DNA of 32,000 bases from Acaryochloris marina MBIC11017 (GTDB lineage: Bacteria > Cyanobacteriota > Cyanobacteriia > Thermosynechococcales > Thermosynechococcaceae). Both the position numbers and the translations under genes were made by a program. Under the pieces are notes generated by a model. The model made no database searches. It saw only the letters and a list, made by a program, of their open reading frames with translations, and was not told where the DNA came from. The stretch lies in assembly GCF_000018105.1 (NCBI RefSeq), contig NC_009925.1:4410001-4442000 (forward strand), written 5' to 3'. Each line of letters starts with the position of its first letter. Position 1 is the first letter of the stretch. Shown piece by piece: positions 1 to 9,270 of the stretch.

Positions 1-1058
1 TAGTTAAAGACGCTTATCCTCAACTCCAGCATGCAGATTGGCATGGCTGGACCCTTGCAGATTTGGTGTTTCCATTTTTCTTATTTGTTCTGGGGGCGTC
101 GATGGCCTTTTCCATGGCCCGACATACAGCTTCCTTGACTCAACCCAAACGAAGAGTTTATCTCAAAATCCTTCGTCGTAGTGTGGTTCTATTCGGTTTG
201 GGGCTGTTTCTCAATGGGTTTTGGTCCTATAACTTGAGTACGCTGCGGGTGATGGGGATTTTACAGCGAATTAGTTTGACCTATTTAGTCTCGGCATTGG
301 TGATCTTAAAGCTGCCCCGCAAGAGCCAATGGGGAATGACAGGGCTGTTGTTGGTGGGGTATTGGTTGGCCCTCTCGTTTATCCCAGTGCCAGAATTTGG
401 GGCTGGCAACCTGACTCGTACGGGTAACTTTGGGGCTTATGTGGATCGCCTGATTATTGGTTCGTCCCACTTATATGTGGGGGATCAGTTTAATTCCATG
501 GGTGATCCAGAAGGCTTGTTTAGTACTTTGCCTGCGATCGCAACCGTGCTACTGGGCTATTTTGCGGGAGACTGGATTCGGAAACGAGGCAGCGGTCTCA
601 AGATTAAAACCAGCCGTCAAAGTCTGGCTCTGGCCTCCTATGGTTTGATCAGTACTGGCTTAGGATTGTTATGGAGCATTTGGTTCCCCATTAATAAAAA
701 GCTATGGACGAGTTCCTATGTGCTTTTTACCGTCGGCATTGCGCTGATTCTGCTAGCGGTTTGCTATGAGTTGATCGAAGTCCGACGCATTCGCCTTTGG
801 AGTAAACCTTTTGAGGTTCTAGGTCTCAATTCCATTGTGGTGTTTATGGCATCGGTGTTGGTGATTAAAGTCTTAGTCCTCACCAAACTGGGGTCTGGAG
901 AGGATGCTATAAACGCCTTTACGTGGTTATTTCAAAATCTATTCTTAACGTGGACCAGTCCAGATGTTGGGTCTTTCCTCTTTGCGTTTCTCACCCTCTG
1001 CTTCTGGTGGATTGTGGCCTATGTCCTGTACCGACAACAGTGGTTTTTTAAGATCTAA
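1..1058 (+). CDS. Polytopic membrane acyltransferase-like protein, heparan-alpha-glucosaminide N-acetyltransferase (HGSNAT)/DUF1624-DUF5009-like; 5' end lies outside the window
   Basis: Frame 3 is open from nt 3 (VKDAYPQLQHADWHGWTLADLVFPFFLF...), so the TTG at 63 in the ORF track is not the true start. The HADWHGWTLADLVFPFF motif and many hydrophobic helices fit this family. Stop TAA at 1056-1058. Confidence 0.7.
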   Translation, partial: VKDAYPQLQHADWHGWTLADLVFPFFLFVLGASMAFSMARHTASLTQPKRRVYLKILRRSVVLFGLGLFLNGFWSYNLSTLRVMGILQRISLTYLVSALVILKLPRKSQWGMTGLLLVGYWLALSFIPVPEFGAGNLTRTGNFGAYVDRLIIGSSHLYVGDQFNSMGDPEGLFSTLPAIATVLLGYFAGDWIRKRGSGLKIKTSRQSLALASYGLISTGLGLLWSIWFPINKKLWTSSYVLFTVGIALILLAVCYELIEVRRIRLWSKPFEVLGLNSIVVFMASVLVIKVLVLTKLGSGEDAINAFTWLFQNLFLTWTSPDVGSFLFAFLTLCFWWIVAYVLYRQQWFFKI

Positions 1059-1349
1059 ACCAAGAATCCCATGGTCTAAAAATTCAAATCACTTAGAGCT
1101 TTTCCAGCTGCCCCCTTCTCTTGAAAACTAAGGGGTAGCGGCGGAATTGAGCCGTCAAATCCTTAAATTGTTTCCCCTTGTAAAGTCCTTCTAGGCGCAT
1201 TGTCAGATTTGCTCATAGACATGGGTACGCTTTGTCAGAACTCTGACTCGGATCACCGTTAACACTAGACAAACGGTGCATGGTCGGGGCAAGCAGCGTT
1301 CGCTAGCTTGAAAAAGATTTCTATATACTGACAAATTCTTCTGATATTT

Positions 1350-2717
1350 ATGACCGGATTCAATCCATCTCATTCCGTCGACAGTGCGCCTGTCGTGGCT
1401 CCAGAGACATCCAGGCAGGTCACCCTGTTTACGGCGACTTGCTTGGTGATTGCCAACATGATTGGGATTGGGGTTTTCACCAGTCTCGGATTTCAAGTCG
1501 CAGGTATTCAATCGGGATTTTCCTTGCTTTTTCTGTGGCTGGCAGGAGGCGTCTATGCTCTTTGTGGTGCTCTCGCCTATGGAGAACTCGGTGCATCCAT
1601 GCCTCGCTCTGGCGGTGAATACCATTTTCTCTCCCAGATTTACCATCCGGTCATTGGGTTTTTGTCCGGTTGGGTCTCCGTCACCGTCGGATTTGCCGCT
1701 CCCATAGCTCTGATGGCCATAGCCCTGGGTACTTATTTTGCCAAAGTGTTCCCTACGGCAGATCCCACCATCATTGGCTTAGCTGTGGTTCTTCTCGTGA
1801 CCTTGATTCACTCCCAAAACCTCAAACTAGGTAGTTCGTTTCAGCAGATCTTTACCCTGCTCAAAGTTCTGCTGATCGTGTTTCTAGTTTTAGCTGGCTT
1901 TGCGTTGGGTACTGGCCAAGAGATCAATTTCGCACCCACCCATGCGGACATTTCTCAAATTATGAGTGCCCCCTTTGCCATTTCTTTGGTGTATGTCACC
2001 TACTCTTATTCAGGATGGAACTCCGCAGTTTACCTGGCCAGTGAAGTTAAATCCCCGGAGAAGAACCTACCCCGTTCCCTATTGTTGGGGACTGCCATTG
2101 TCATGGTTTTATATCTGCTGATTAACTTCATTTTCCTCTACACCACCCCCATCGACTTAATGGCCGGGAAGCTAGAAGTCGGCTATATTGCTGCCGATCA
2201 AATCTTTAAGGGCAATCCCATCTTGGGTTTCCCAGGAGCTGAGCTGATGGCTCTATTTATCTCCTTGGGATTAATCTCTTCCATTAGCTCGATGGTATGG
2301 GCCGGCCCGAGGGTAACCCAATCCATTGGAGAGGATATTCCTTTCTTCAAAATTTTGGCCAAAAAGAATCGCAGTGGCGTTCCCTACTATGCGCTCTTAC
2401 TTCAGCTCGCTATTGTGATTGCCTTAGTGATTATGAAGCAATTTGAAACAGTGTTGACCTACTTGGAATTTACGCTGATCCTGTCTTCTTTTTTGACCGT
2501 GTTAGGTGTATTTGTGTCTCGCTTTCGGTTCCCAGACCTACCCCGCCCTTACAAAACCTGGGGCTATCCCATTACCCCTTTAATCTTCCTCGCCATGAGT
2601 GTATGGGTTCTAGTGTTTTTACTCCAGCAAAAACCGATGGAATCCTTGGCAGGCTTAGGGACGATTCTTTTAGGCCTCCCGCTCTATTTCATTGCCTCTA
2701 AGCAGAAACTTGCATAG
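1350..2717 (+). CDS. APC-superfamily amino acid/polyamine permease
   Basis: 455-aa ORF with an ATG start and about 12 predicted TM helices. N-terminal pattern TATCLVIANMIGIGVFTSLGF...GGVYALCGALAYGELGASMPRSGGEYHF is typical of APC amino-acid transporters. Confidence 0.8.
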   Translation: MTGFNPSHSVDSAPVVAPETSRQVTLFTATCLVIANMIGIGVFTSLGFQVAGIQSGFSLLFLWLAGGVYALCGALAYGELGASMPRSGGEYHFLSQIYHPVIGFLSGWVSVTVGFAAPIALMAIALGTYFAKVFPTADPTIIGLAVVLLVTLIHSQNLKLGSSFQQIFTLLKVLLIVFLVLAGFALGTGQEINFAPTHADISQIMSAPFAISLVYVTYSYSGWNSAVYLASEVKSPEKNLPRSLLLGTAIVMVLYLLINFIFLYTTPIDLMAGKLEVGYIAADQIFKGNPILGFPGAELMALFISLGLISSISSMVWAGPRVTQSIGEDIPFFKILAKKNRSGVPYYALLLQLAIVIALVIMKQFETVLTYLEFTLILSSFLTVLGVFVSRFRFPDLPRPYKTWGYPITPLIFLAMSVWVLVFLLQQKPMESLAGLGTILLGLPLYFIASKQKLA

Positions 2718-2730
2718 ACATCTAAACATT

Positions 2731-3945
2731 ATGAAAAATATGCGCTTATCTCTAATCTTAACGGCAGCCCTACTATTGGGCGGAGGACTCCAGTCCTGTG
2801 ATTCCGCTAATCAGTCCACCACCGCGGCGAAAACAGAAACCGCTTCGGCCCCTTCAACCTCTCCAGAAGGCTCACCAGGGGAAACACCGACTACGCCCCA
2901 AATTGATGAAGTCAAAGCAGCGCGTTGGACGGATATCTCCAAGCTATTGGCAGGGATGAAAGTCGGTGATGATAGTGAGTTTAGTGAGGTGCAAAACCGG
3001 CCCACCTGGGTAAGTCACCACAACTTTTTAGAAGATGCCTTTAACAAGCTAGAAGATCAACAGCTGTCCAAGGTTCGGCAATGGGCTGCTACTGAGATTG
3101 CTGATTTGCATAACTCCACCCAACCGTTGTTTTATCCCTTTAGCGGTCCCGATATTCTGTACGCCAACACCTTTTTCCCTAAGGCTGAAGAATATGTGTT
3201 GATTGCTCTAGAACCTGTAGGGCCGCTGCCTGATTTTTCTCAGCTTTCTCCAGATCAGCAAAATTTGAAACTTTTAGAAGCCAAGAATTCGTTATTTGCC
3301 ATCCTGCAATATAGCTTCTTTCGCACCAACGATATGAAGGTGGATTTGCAGAAACAAGGGGTGTTGCCGGTGCTATTGGTATTTCTGGCTCGGACCAAGA
3401 ATCGAGTGCTGGATGTGGAATACATTGGCATTGATAGCAGTGGGATGGTGCAACCCACCAATGAGAAAGCTAAGGGGATGGTCCCTGGAGTGAAGGTGAC
3501 GTTCACCGCTGCGAATGAGGAGAAGCCTCGGACCCTTTACTATTTCTCGACCGATCTCTCGGATGATGGTCTCAAGAAAACCCCTCAGTTGACCCAGTTT
3601 GTCAAAAATCTAGATCAGCCCAATACTTACCTGAAAGCCGCGTCTTATTTGATGCACTATGACTCAACCTTCAAACAGATTCGAGAGTTAACTTTGTCGA
3701 AGGCCACGAATTTATTACAGGATGATTCGGGCATGCCAGTGCGAGTGTTTGAGGATAACAAGTGGAATTTAACGTTTTACGGGAATTACACCGCACCTCG
3801 AGCGCCCTTTACAGCGGAAGAATACCAGACGGATCTCAATCAGATTTATCAGAAGAATGCCAATATTCAGCGGCTTAATTTTGGTATTGGCTATAACTTT
3901 GGGCCGAATGAGTCCAACTTGATGTTAGCTAAGGCCAAAAGCTGA
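2731..3945 (+). CDS. Predicted lipoprotein of unknown function
   Basis: Start moved to the in-frame ATG at 2731 because the track start at 2692 overlaps the permease. MKNMRLSLILTAALLLGGGLQSC is a signal peptide plus lipobox (LQS-C), followed by a Ser/Thr/Pro-rich linker and a roughly 330-aa domain I do not recognise. Confidence 0.6.
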   Translation: MKNMRLSLILTAALLLGGGLQSCDSANQSTTAAKTETASAPSTSPEGSPGETPTTPQIDEVKAARWTDISKLLAGMKVGDDSEFSEVQNRPTWVSHHNFLEDAFNKLEDQQLSKVRQWAATEIADLHNSTQPLFYPFSGPDILYANTFFPKAEEYVLIALEPVGPLPDFSQLSPDQQNLKLLEAKNSLFAILQYSFFRTNDMKVDLQKQGVLPVLLVFLARTKNRVLDVEYIGIDSSGMVQPTNEKAKGMVPGVKVTFTAANEEKPRTLYYFSTDLSDDGLKKTPQLTQFVKNLDQPNTYLKAASYLMHYDSTFKQIRELTLSKATNLLQDDSGMPVRVFEDNKWNLTFYGNYTAPRAPFTAEEYQTDLNQIYQKNANIQRLNFGIGYNFGPNESNLMLAKAKS

Positions 3946-3971
3946 TCCAGTTTCAATCGCTTTCGTTGACC

Positions 3972-4016
3972 GTTATCCCTGATGCTTGGCTGGAATACTA
4001 GGTACTCAGGGATAAC
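3972..4016 (+). terminator. Inverted repeat/hairpin downstream of the lipoprotein gene
   Basis: GTTATCCCTGA (3972-3982) pairs perfectly with TCAGGGATAAC (4006-4016), giving an 11-bp stem and 23-nt loop. There is no clear T-tract, so terminator function is uncertain. Confidence 0.35.
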
Positions 4017-4474
4017 CTGTTTAACGGGACAGGGACAGTAGTACCAATCTCTTAGTGGAGCTATAGGATCTTGTCCTCTTTAGGTGATCCAGAAAAATGT
4101 ATTGTAATTCTGCTCATAGATAAAAACTAAATTAGGCTGAAACCCTTGATCTACCGTTATAATTCTCAGTCAATTTGGCACGTATCGAGGCTTTAAATTG
4201 TATTTCTTATTCCGCATCACCAAAAGTGGACTAGATCCGGGCTATAGCACTATTCTCAAGCTATCCCATAAGGATAGGCAGAGAGCCGATTCTAGTTCCC
4301 AAGGATGAGGGTGTCATCTACGGATGTACGTCAACACCATCCTTTAGGCTTTGCAATCTTCTTCCTTTGAGGATCAACGGCTGAGGTGTAGCTGCAGTCC
4401 CCAAGGACAAAGACTGATTGAGTTGTCAATAAAATTGCTATCGTAGATATTCACCACATTTCATTCCTGCACCT

Positions 4475-5656
4475 ATGAGCCTTAACTTTGCATACCTTGC
4501 AGGTGGTAAATTACACCTCAAATTAGGCGATGACCCTGTTCGAACGATTGATAGCCAATTTGGGCAAGAGGTACAGGACCGGACCCTAAAACGTCAGCAG
4601 CGAAATGCTTGGAAGGATAAAAATCCTATGGCAGGCATGATCCCCCAAGCTTTCTTACAACAAATGGAAGCGATGGGAGAGGCCAAACTCCCCGTTGCCA
4701 TCCGATCCGTCAGTCCTTGTAGCCCAGGTCAATTGCTTTATACTCTGGCCGTGGGGGATGTGACTGGTGTGTTTACCTTAGATGCTACGCAAGACCAAGA
4801 ACAGCGTCTATTTCATAATTCCGATTTTGCGGTTCAGCATTTGAATGTTCATCCCCAAAAAGATGAGTTTGCCTGTACCGTTATGCACAAAGATGGTTCC
4901 GCAAATATTGCGGTGATGCCGATTGATGGGGCCAGACCCAAAGAGATCACTGCTGGAGACTCTATTGATTTGGCACCCCAATGGCTGTCCGGGGCTCAAA
5001 AAGCGTTAGTCTTTCAGTCTGCCGGTATTGCCCGCAACTCAGAAGGGTTCGTCCTAGAGCAAAGTCCTTTTTCGATTGAAAAATTGGATTTTCAGTCAGG
5101 AGAAATGACTACGGTAGCAGAGAGTGACCAATTTGATTTGCTCGCTCCCAAGATGGTAGCGGATGGCTCGCTGTATTACATTCGACGCCCCTATCAAGCT
5201 CGTCAAAAGCGGTTGAATATCTTGACCCTGCTCAAAGATATTCTTCTGATGCCGTTTCGACTCATTCAGGCGATTTATGAATGGCTCAATGTCTTTACCC
5301 AGACCTATACGGGTAAGCCATTGGTAAAACCCGGTCAGCCCAAAATACAAGCAAAACAAGACTTGCTGATTTGGGGCAATATCATCAACACTGAAGCCGA
5401 AGCAGAGAAAAATCGACGGTTTGGAGATCAAGATTCACCTGCCCTCGTGCCTCGATCTTGGCAACTGATCTGTCAACGCTCAGATGGTGAGGTTCAGGTA
5501 ATCGGAGATGGAGTCATCTCCTATGATGTTGATGCTAATGGCGGTGTGGTTTATACCAATGGCAGCGCTATTTATGCGACCCATCCAGGCGGGGTGCCCA
5601 AGCGACTATTACGAGATCGTCCCATTGAACAAGTGGTATTGATTGCAGATCAGTAG
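4475..5656 (+). CDS. Hypothetical protein (393 aa), probably beta-rich with one internal hydrophobic helix
   Basis: Long ORF with an ATG start in a clean 1.2-kb coding frame. No motif recognised. Internal hydrophobic segment LNILTLLKDILLMPFRLIQAIYEWLNVF. Confidence 0.55.
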   Translation: MSLNFAYLAGGKLHLKLGDDPVRTIDSQFGQEVQDRTLKRQQRNAWKDKNPMAGMIPQAFLQQMEAMGEAKLPVAIRSVSPCSPGQLLYTLAVGDVTGVFTLDATQDQEQRLFHNSDFAVQHLNVHPQKDEFACTVMHKDGSANIAVMPIDGARPKEITAGDSIDLAPQWLSGAQKALVFQSAGIARNSEGFVLEQSPFSIEKLDFQSGEMTTVAESDQFDLLAPKMVADGSLYYIRRPYQARQKRLNILTLLKDILLMPFRLIQAIYEWLNVFTQTYTGKPLVKPGQPKIQAKQDLLIWGNIINTEAEAEKNRRFGDQDSPALVPRSWQLICQRSDGEVQVIGDGVISYDVDANGGVVYTNGSAIYATHPGGVPKRLLRDRPIEQVVLIADQ

Positions 5657-5660
5657 GGGG

Positions 5661-6143
5661 CTAGGCCAATTGGAATTCCTTTAAAGCTGGCTCGAAGTTT
5701 TTGTTCTCATGGCTGGGGCGACTGAGCTTGATTAAAGCAAATCGCTGTAGGGGGCTGAGGCCTTTCCACTGTTTGAGGCTAATGGCGGTCTTGCATGATT
5801 TGGCTTTGGCAACTAGATCAGATGGGATCTTGGTTTCATCGAGCCAGGGTGGATTGTCATCCACCGGGACTTCAGCAGCTTCTGTTTCTGAATACATAAA
5901 GATCAAATCTTGGAGAAATTCCCGATAGTCATCAATCTCATCTTCAGAGGAACAGGGCTGAAAGGTAAATTGTTCTCGCTCATCTTCGCTAAATTGATTC
6001 CACTGGGCAAGCTTGAGTTTGATGCCACAGGTGTCAAGCTTGAAGCGAACAACCATAGGGATACAGCGTAAATCATCGATAAACTCTTGCTCAAACTGAA
6101 AAAAGAGACAATCTTCGGCTGGAAAGTCTGGTGACGTAGACAT
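5661..6143 (-). CDS. narM: Nitrate reductase-associated protein (NarM-like)
   Basis: 160 aa. FFQFEQEFIDDLRCIPMVVRFKLDTCGIKLKL and LSPLQRFALIKLSRPSHENKNFEPALKEF resemble, from memory, the cyanobacterial nitrate-reductase-associated protein family. The gene starts 4 nt after the mobA stop. Confidence 0.6.
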   Translation of the reverse strand: MSTSPDFPAEDCLFFQFEQEFIDDLRCIPMVVRFKLDTCGIKLKLAQWNQFSEDEREQFTFQPCSSEDEIDDYREFLQDLIFMYSETEAAEVPVDDNPPWLDETKIPSDLVAKAKSCKTAISLKQWKGLSPLQRFALIKLSRPSHENKNFEPALKEFQLA

Positions 6144-6147
6144 GGTA

Positions 6148-6753
6148 CTAAACCTCAGGTGGGATTAAATCGTGGGGAGTGTTGCAATTCCATAACATGG
6201 CTTGGGATTGGGTATCTATGGCAATCTTCTGGGCTGGAAGACGGGATAGCCAATCCTGGAAAGATTGCCCGCCTTGTTGGATAAAGGACTGCAAAGATGA
6301 ACGGCTTTGATAATGGTAGAACCCACACAGGGGCTGCCATTGCTCAGGCTGATGGGGGACTAGAGCTAAAGCTTGGGTATTTGGTAATAAGGCTAACCAT
6401 TCCCTGAGAATATCTGGACGGAGCAGGGGTAAATCACATGCTAGCAGAAGTACCCATGTTGTTTGGAGTTGATTCAAGCCTGCTAAGAGTGCCACTAAGG
6501 GGCCTTGATCAGGTGGGTGTTCCCGTAAAACAATGCAGGAAGATGGTATCACGGGTTGATAGCGTTCAGGCCAAGGGGTGAGTACATGAACGAGATCGCA
6601 GCACTGCAGGGCAGCGCGACAAACTCGCTGGAGCATGGGGACGCCCTGCCAACAGAGCAACGCTTTATCCGATCCCATGCGTCGACTTCGTCCCCCTGCT
6701 AAGACTAGACCAACAATATAATTCTGTTGCGTGAGGGATGTTGGCTGGTTCAT
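6148..6753 (-). CDS. mobA: Molybdenum cofactor guanylyltransferase
   Basis: 201 aa. The N-terminal GLVLAGGRSRRMGSDKALL nucleotide-binding motif and LLACDLP motif are characteristic of MobA. Confidence 0.85.
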   Translation of the reverse strand: MNQPTSLTQQNYIVGLVLAGGRSRRMGSDKALLCWQGVPMLQRVCRAALQCCDLVHVLTPWPERYQPVIPSSCIVLREHPPDQGPLVALLAGLNQLQTTWVLLLACDLPLLRPDILREWLALLPNTQALALVPHQPEQWQPLCGFYHYQSRSSLQSFIQQGGQSFQDWLSRLPAQKIAIDTQSQAMLWNCNTPHDLIPPEV

Positions 6754-6812
6754 AGCGTTTTGAATGGCGCAAAACCGATGATGATGGAGGGGATCAAAAT
6801 TTCTCCATGCTT

Positions 6813-7865
6813 TTACAGGTCTGCTAGGAATGCCTGGACTTGGGTAAGGGTTTGTTTGGCTGTCCCATTGGTTAATAGATTTTCTGCTGCTTGCAGTCCG
6901 TCATTCAAGCTGGAGCTAATCCCCACATGCCAAAGATAGAAGCCTGCATTCCATAAGACGGCAGGCATCAATTCGCAGGTTTGGCCGTTTAAGACGGCAT
7001 GAAGTTGCTCTAGCAGTGTTTTGGTGGAAGTGTAGGGGATTTCAGGTCCTCCGAGATCATAATCTCGAGCCGAGAGGATTAAGCGCTGCCAGGTTTGTTC
7101 GGATGAGGGGTGATTGAGACCGAGTATTGCTTTGCGATCGCGGGGCAAATCACAACTCCCTTCCAATCCCTTGATCGTGGTGAAATGGTCTGTCCCTCGC
7201 AGGGCTAAAGCCTCCCGCATCATATTTTCCGTGGGGGGATGGACAAACCCTGCAATCAAATGATGTTCCCCTAGGTAGGGCTGCCAGAGCAGCTCCGTGG
7301 TCGCTAGAGGCGGACGCTTCCCCACTTGATCCCTAAACTCCACCATTCCTTGGGCCAAAGGAAACTGCTCCGGTAGATAGATAAACCCGAGGCCATATTT
7401 GGATAGAACTTGATGGATTTGAGCCAGAGATCGATGGGACCAATCCACCCCTAATCCCTGCCAAAGATCCACCAAGGGTACGCCATACTTGGTGGGCATC
7501 CGATCGCCACCATGAAGCAACACCGGACAGCCCGAGGCGGCTAAAATCAGGGCAGTTACAGGTAAGACAGGAGCCGTACGTGAGCGCCCATCATAGGGAA
7601 CACTAAACACGATTACGGGAGAGGACGCAGACACAGCGGGTAAGGCCGGGCCTAGATGTTCATAAGCATCCAAAAAACCAGCCAACTCGATTCCAGTGGG
7701 TCGTTTAATGCGGTGCGCAATTAAAAAAGCCCCAATTTGAGCGGGGGTGGCTTCTTGCTGCAACATCATTTCCAGGGCGGATTGGGCCTCGACTCTGCTT
7801 AAATCTTTACTGGTATGCCTCCCACTGCCGACTTTCTTTAAAAATTCTCTAAAAATCTGACTCAT
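6813..7865 (-). CDS. Anthranilate phosphoribosyltransferase-family (glycosyltransferase family 3) paralogue, probably not a catalytic TrpD
   Basis: 350 aa. The N-terminal helical region (LSRVEAQSALEMMLQQEATPAQIGAFLIAHRIKRPTGIELAGFLDA) looks TrpD-like. I see no GTGGD PRPP loop or KHGNR motif; the apparently equivalent positions read SVPYDGRSR and LHGGDRMPTKYG. Confidence 0.7.
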   Translation of the reverse strand: MSQIFREFLKKVGSGRHTSKDLSRVEAQSALEMMLQQEATPAQIGAFLIAHRIKRPTGIELAGFLDAYEHLGPALPAVSASSPVIVFSVPYDGRSRTAPVLPVTALILAASGCPVLLHGGDRMPTKYGVPLVDLWQGLGVDWSHRSLAQIHQVLSKYGLGFIYLPEQFPLAQGMVEFRDQVGKRPPLATTELLWQPYLGEHHLIAGFVHPPTENMMREALALRGTDHFTTIKGLEGSCDLPRDRKAILGLNHPSSEQTWQRLILSARDYDLGGPEIPYTSTKTLLEQLHAVLNGQTCELMPAVLWNAGFYLWHVGISSSLNDGLQAAENLLTNGTAKQTLTQVQAFLADL

Positions 7866-7948
7866 GGCTGTTTACTTTGCCAACTCTAGAATCAAGGGTC
7901 ACCTTGATACTTGTGTAGCAATTTACCCACATCTCCTCTTAATGGGCT

Positions 7949-8878
7949 TTATGGAATATTGGAGATGAATGAATCATGAACTAAACGTCGAAAATTAGCA
8001 ATAGGTGGAATTAACAAGCGGTCCTGAGTGGTCACCATCACAACTTCGCGAGTCAGGTTTAATTGTGGATCCATATCCTTGGCTTCAGGTGCAGCCAAGT
8101 CTCGAATCGCCAGGGAGGGATCGTTAAGAGAATCGACTAAAGCCCCCCTGGGTAATAGAGAAATCATTTCTCCTTGGCGAATGACGCCTCGAAAGGCATC
8201 TAGGGTATTGAGTTCAAGGACCGCTTTCAGATCTAGACCTTGGCTTTTGAACTGATCCTGTACCAACCGCTGCATCCCATACCCGTCTTTGAACATCACT
8301 TGTGGGAATTTGGCTAACTCAGGCCAAGGCACAACGCCGTGGGACGCCAAAGGATGTTCTGAAGACATCAGAACTTGAATGGGTTCGTTGTACAGCCAGT
8401 CAACAACATTTTCTGAGCGACTTGTTAGTAACGGATTGTTCATCACAATGGCTAAGTCAACCAAACCATCTTGGAGGACTTTCAAAGAACGGTCGCTCCC
8501 CAAGGATGTGACCCTCAATTGGACTTCTGGGTAGAGCTGGCAAAATTTCTGGAGCACTGGCGGTAAGTAATGGGCACAGACGGAATGAATTGCCGCAACG
8601 CAGAGTTCAGGCTGTTTACCGGCCCGGAGATCATTGATTTCCTGGGTGGCATCTTGCCATTCGGTCAAAATTTTACGCACATGAGGGAGGAGCTGATCCC
8701 CTGCCAAGGTGAGTTTGCTTTGAGCACCGCGATGTAAGAGGGGGAGCCCCAGTTCAGATTCCAGTCCTTGAATTTGCCGACTTACGGTTGATTGGGTCAC
8801 CCCACATTTCTTGGCCGCTTGTTGGAAACTCCCTGTTTGGGCTACCGATAAAAATGCTTGCAGTTGCTCGAGCCGCAT
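7949..8878 (-). CDS. ntcB: LysR-family transcriptional regulator, likely nitrogen-assimilation activator NtcB
   Basis: 309 aa. N-terminal wHTH MRLEQLQAFLSVAQTGSFQQAAKKCGVTQSTVSRQIQGLE plus a LysR substrate-binding domain. The NtcB call rests on the length, the NtcA-type promoter upstream and the downstream mobA/narM-like genes. The LysR call itself is about 0.9. Confidence 0.6.
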   Translation of the reverse strand: MRLEQLQAFLSVAQTGSFQQAAKKCGVTQSTVSRQIQGLESELGLPLLHRGAQSKLTLAGDQLLPHVRKILTEWQDATQEINDLRAGKQPELCVAAIHSVCAHYLPPVLQKFCQLYPEVQLRVTSLGSDRSLKVLQDGLVDLAIVMNNPLLTSRSENVVDWLYNEPIQVLMSSEHPLASHGVVPWPELAKFPQVMFKDGYGMQRLVQDQFKSQGLDLKAVLELNTLDAFRGVIRQGEMISLLPRGALVDSLNDPSLAIRDLAAPEAKDMDPQLNLTREVVMVTTQDRLLIPPIANFRRLVHDSFISNIP

Positions 8879-8909
8879 GAAGTGTAGTCTAGATTACAGT
8901 CATGAGAGC

Positions 8910-8951
8910 ACAGTAACGAATTTGGCCCGGCTATTCGGTAAGAAACGATAC
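8910..8951 (-). promoter_or_regulatory. NtcA-type activated promoter (GTA-N8-TAC, N22, TAN3T) for the ntcB-like gene
   Basis: The minus strand reads GTATCGTTTCTTAC (8951-8938), then exactly 22 nt, then TACTGT (8915-8910). That places a transcription start about 25 nt upstream of the ATG at 8878. Confidence 0.5.
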
Positions 8952-9270
8952 AACTTCGGTATTCTTTTTAGCGAAAGTGAATTCCCATATGGCTTTAGGC
9001 ATCGTTCGAAAGTGGACGGTTGGCTGAACGTTGAACGTCTTATTGGGGATGTTTGTCATAATGCTGGAGCCGATCTTGCTAACGGGAACAGCAGCATCGG
9101 TTGCCCAAGGCATAGGTAAATTGATCTGTAGCCTGCCCCGCAAATAATGGCTAAGGGCATTTATCAAGTGCAACGGACCAGTGTTCGATCCCTCGGTCCT
9201 AGTAATGCGTCACCCAAGCCCTTACACTTAATAGTGCATTAACTTTAATCGAAACTTAGATAAAACTACC

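Noticed and set aside
1203-1646. A 147-aa minus-strand ORF overlaps the start of the permease gene.
   Set aside because: It overlaps a well-supported APC permease frame and its upstream region. It has no motif and an implausible composition, so it is treated as a shadow ORF.
8884-8897. A second GTA-N8-TAC motif lies 6 nt upstream of the ntcB-like ATG and could be an independent NtcA site.
   Set aside because: It is too close to the start codon to act as a class II activator site. The 6-fixed-base pattern is expected several times by chance in 32 kb. It is only mentioned alongside the well-spaced site.
8811-9173. ORFs 8811-9119 (+) and 8931-9173 (-) lie in the ntcB-tpiA intergenic region.
   Set aside because: The + ORF overlaps the LysR gene start. 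The - ORF begins with TTG and would run through the NtcA-type promoter. Neither has a recognisable family or an obvious RBS. A real small protein cannot be fully excluded.
9175-9199. A tRNA-like GTTCGATCC T-loop sequence is flanked by GGACC/GGTCC.
   Set aside because: The flanks do not form a 5-bp T-stem around a 7-nt loop, and no acceptor, D or anticodon arms can be drawn. At most it is a tRNA remnant or a chance match.
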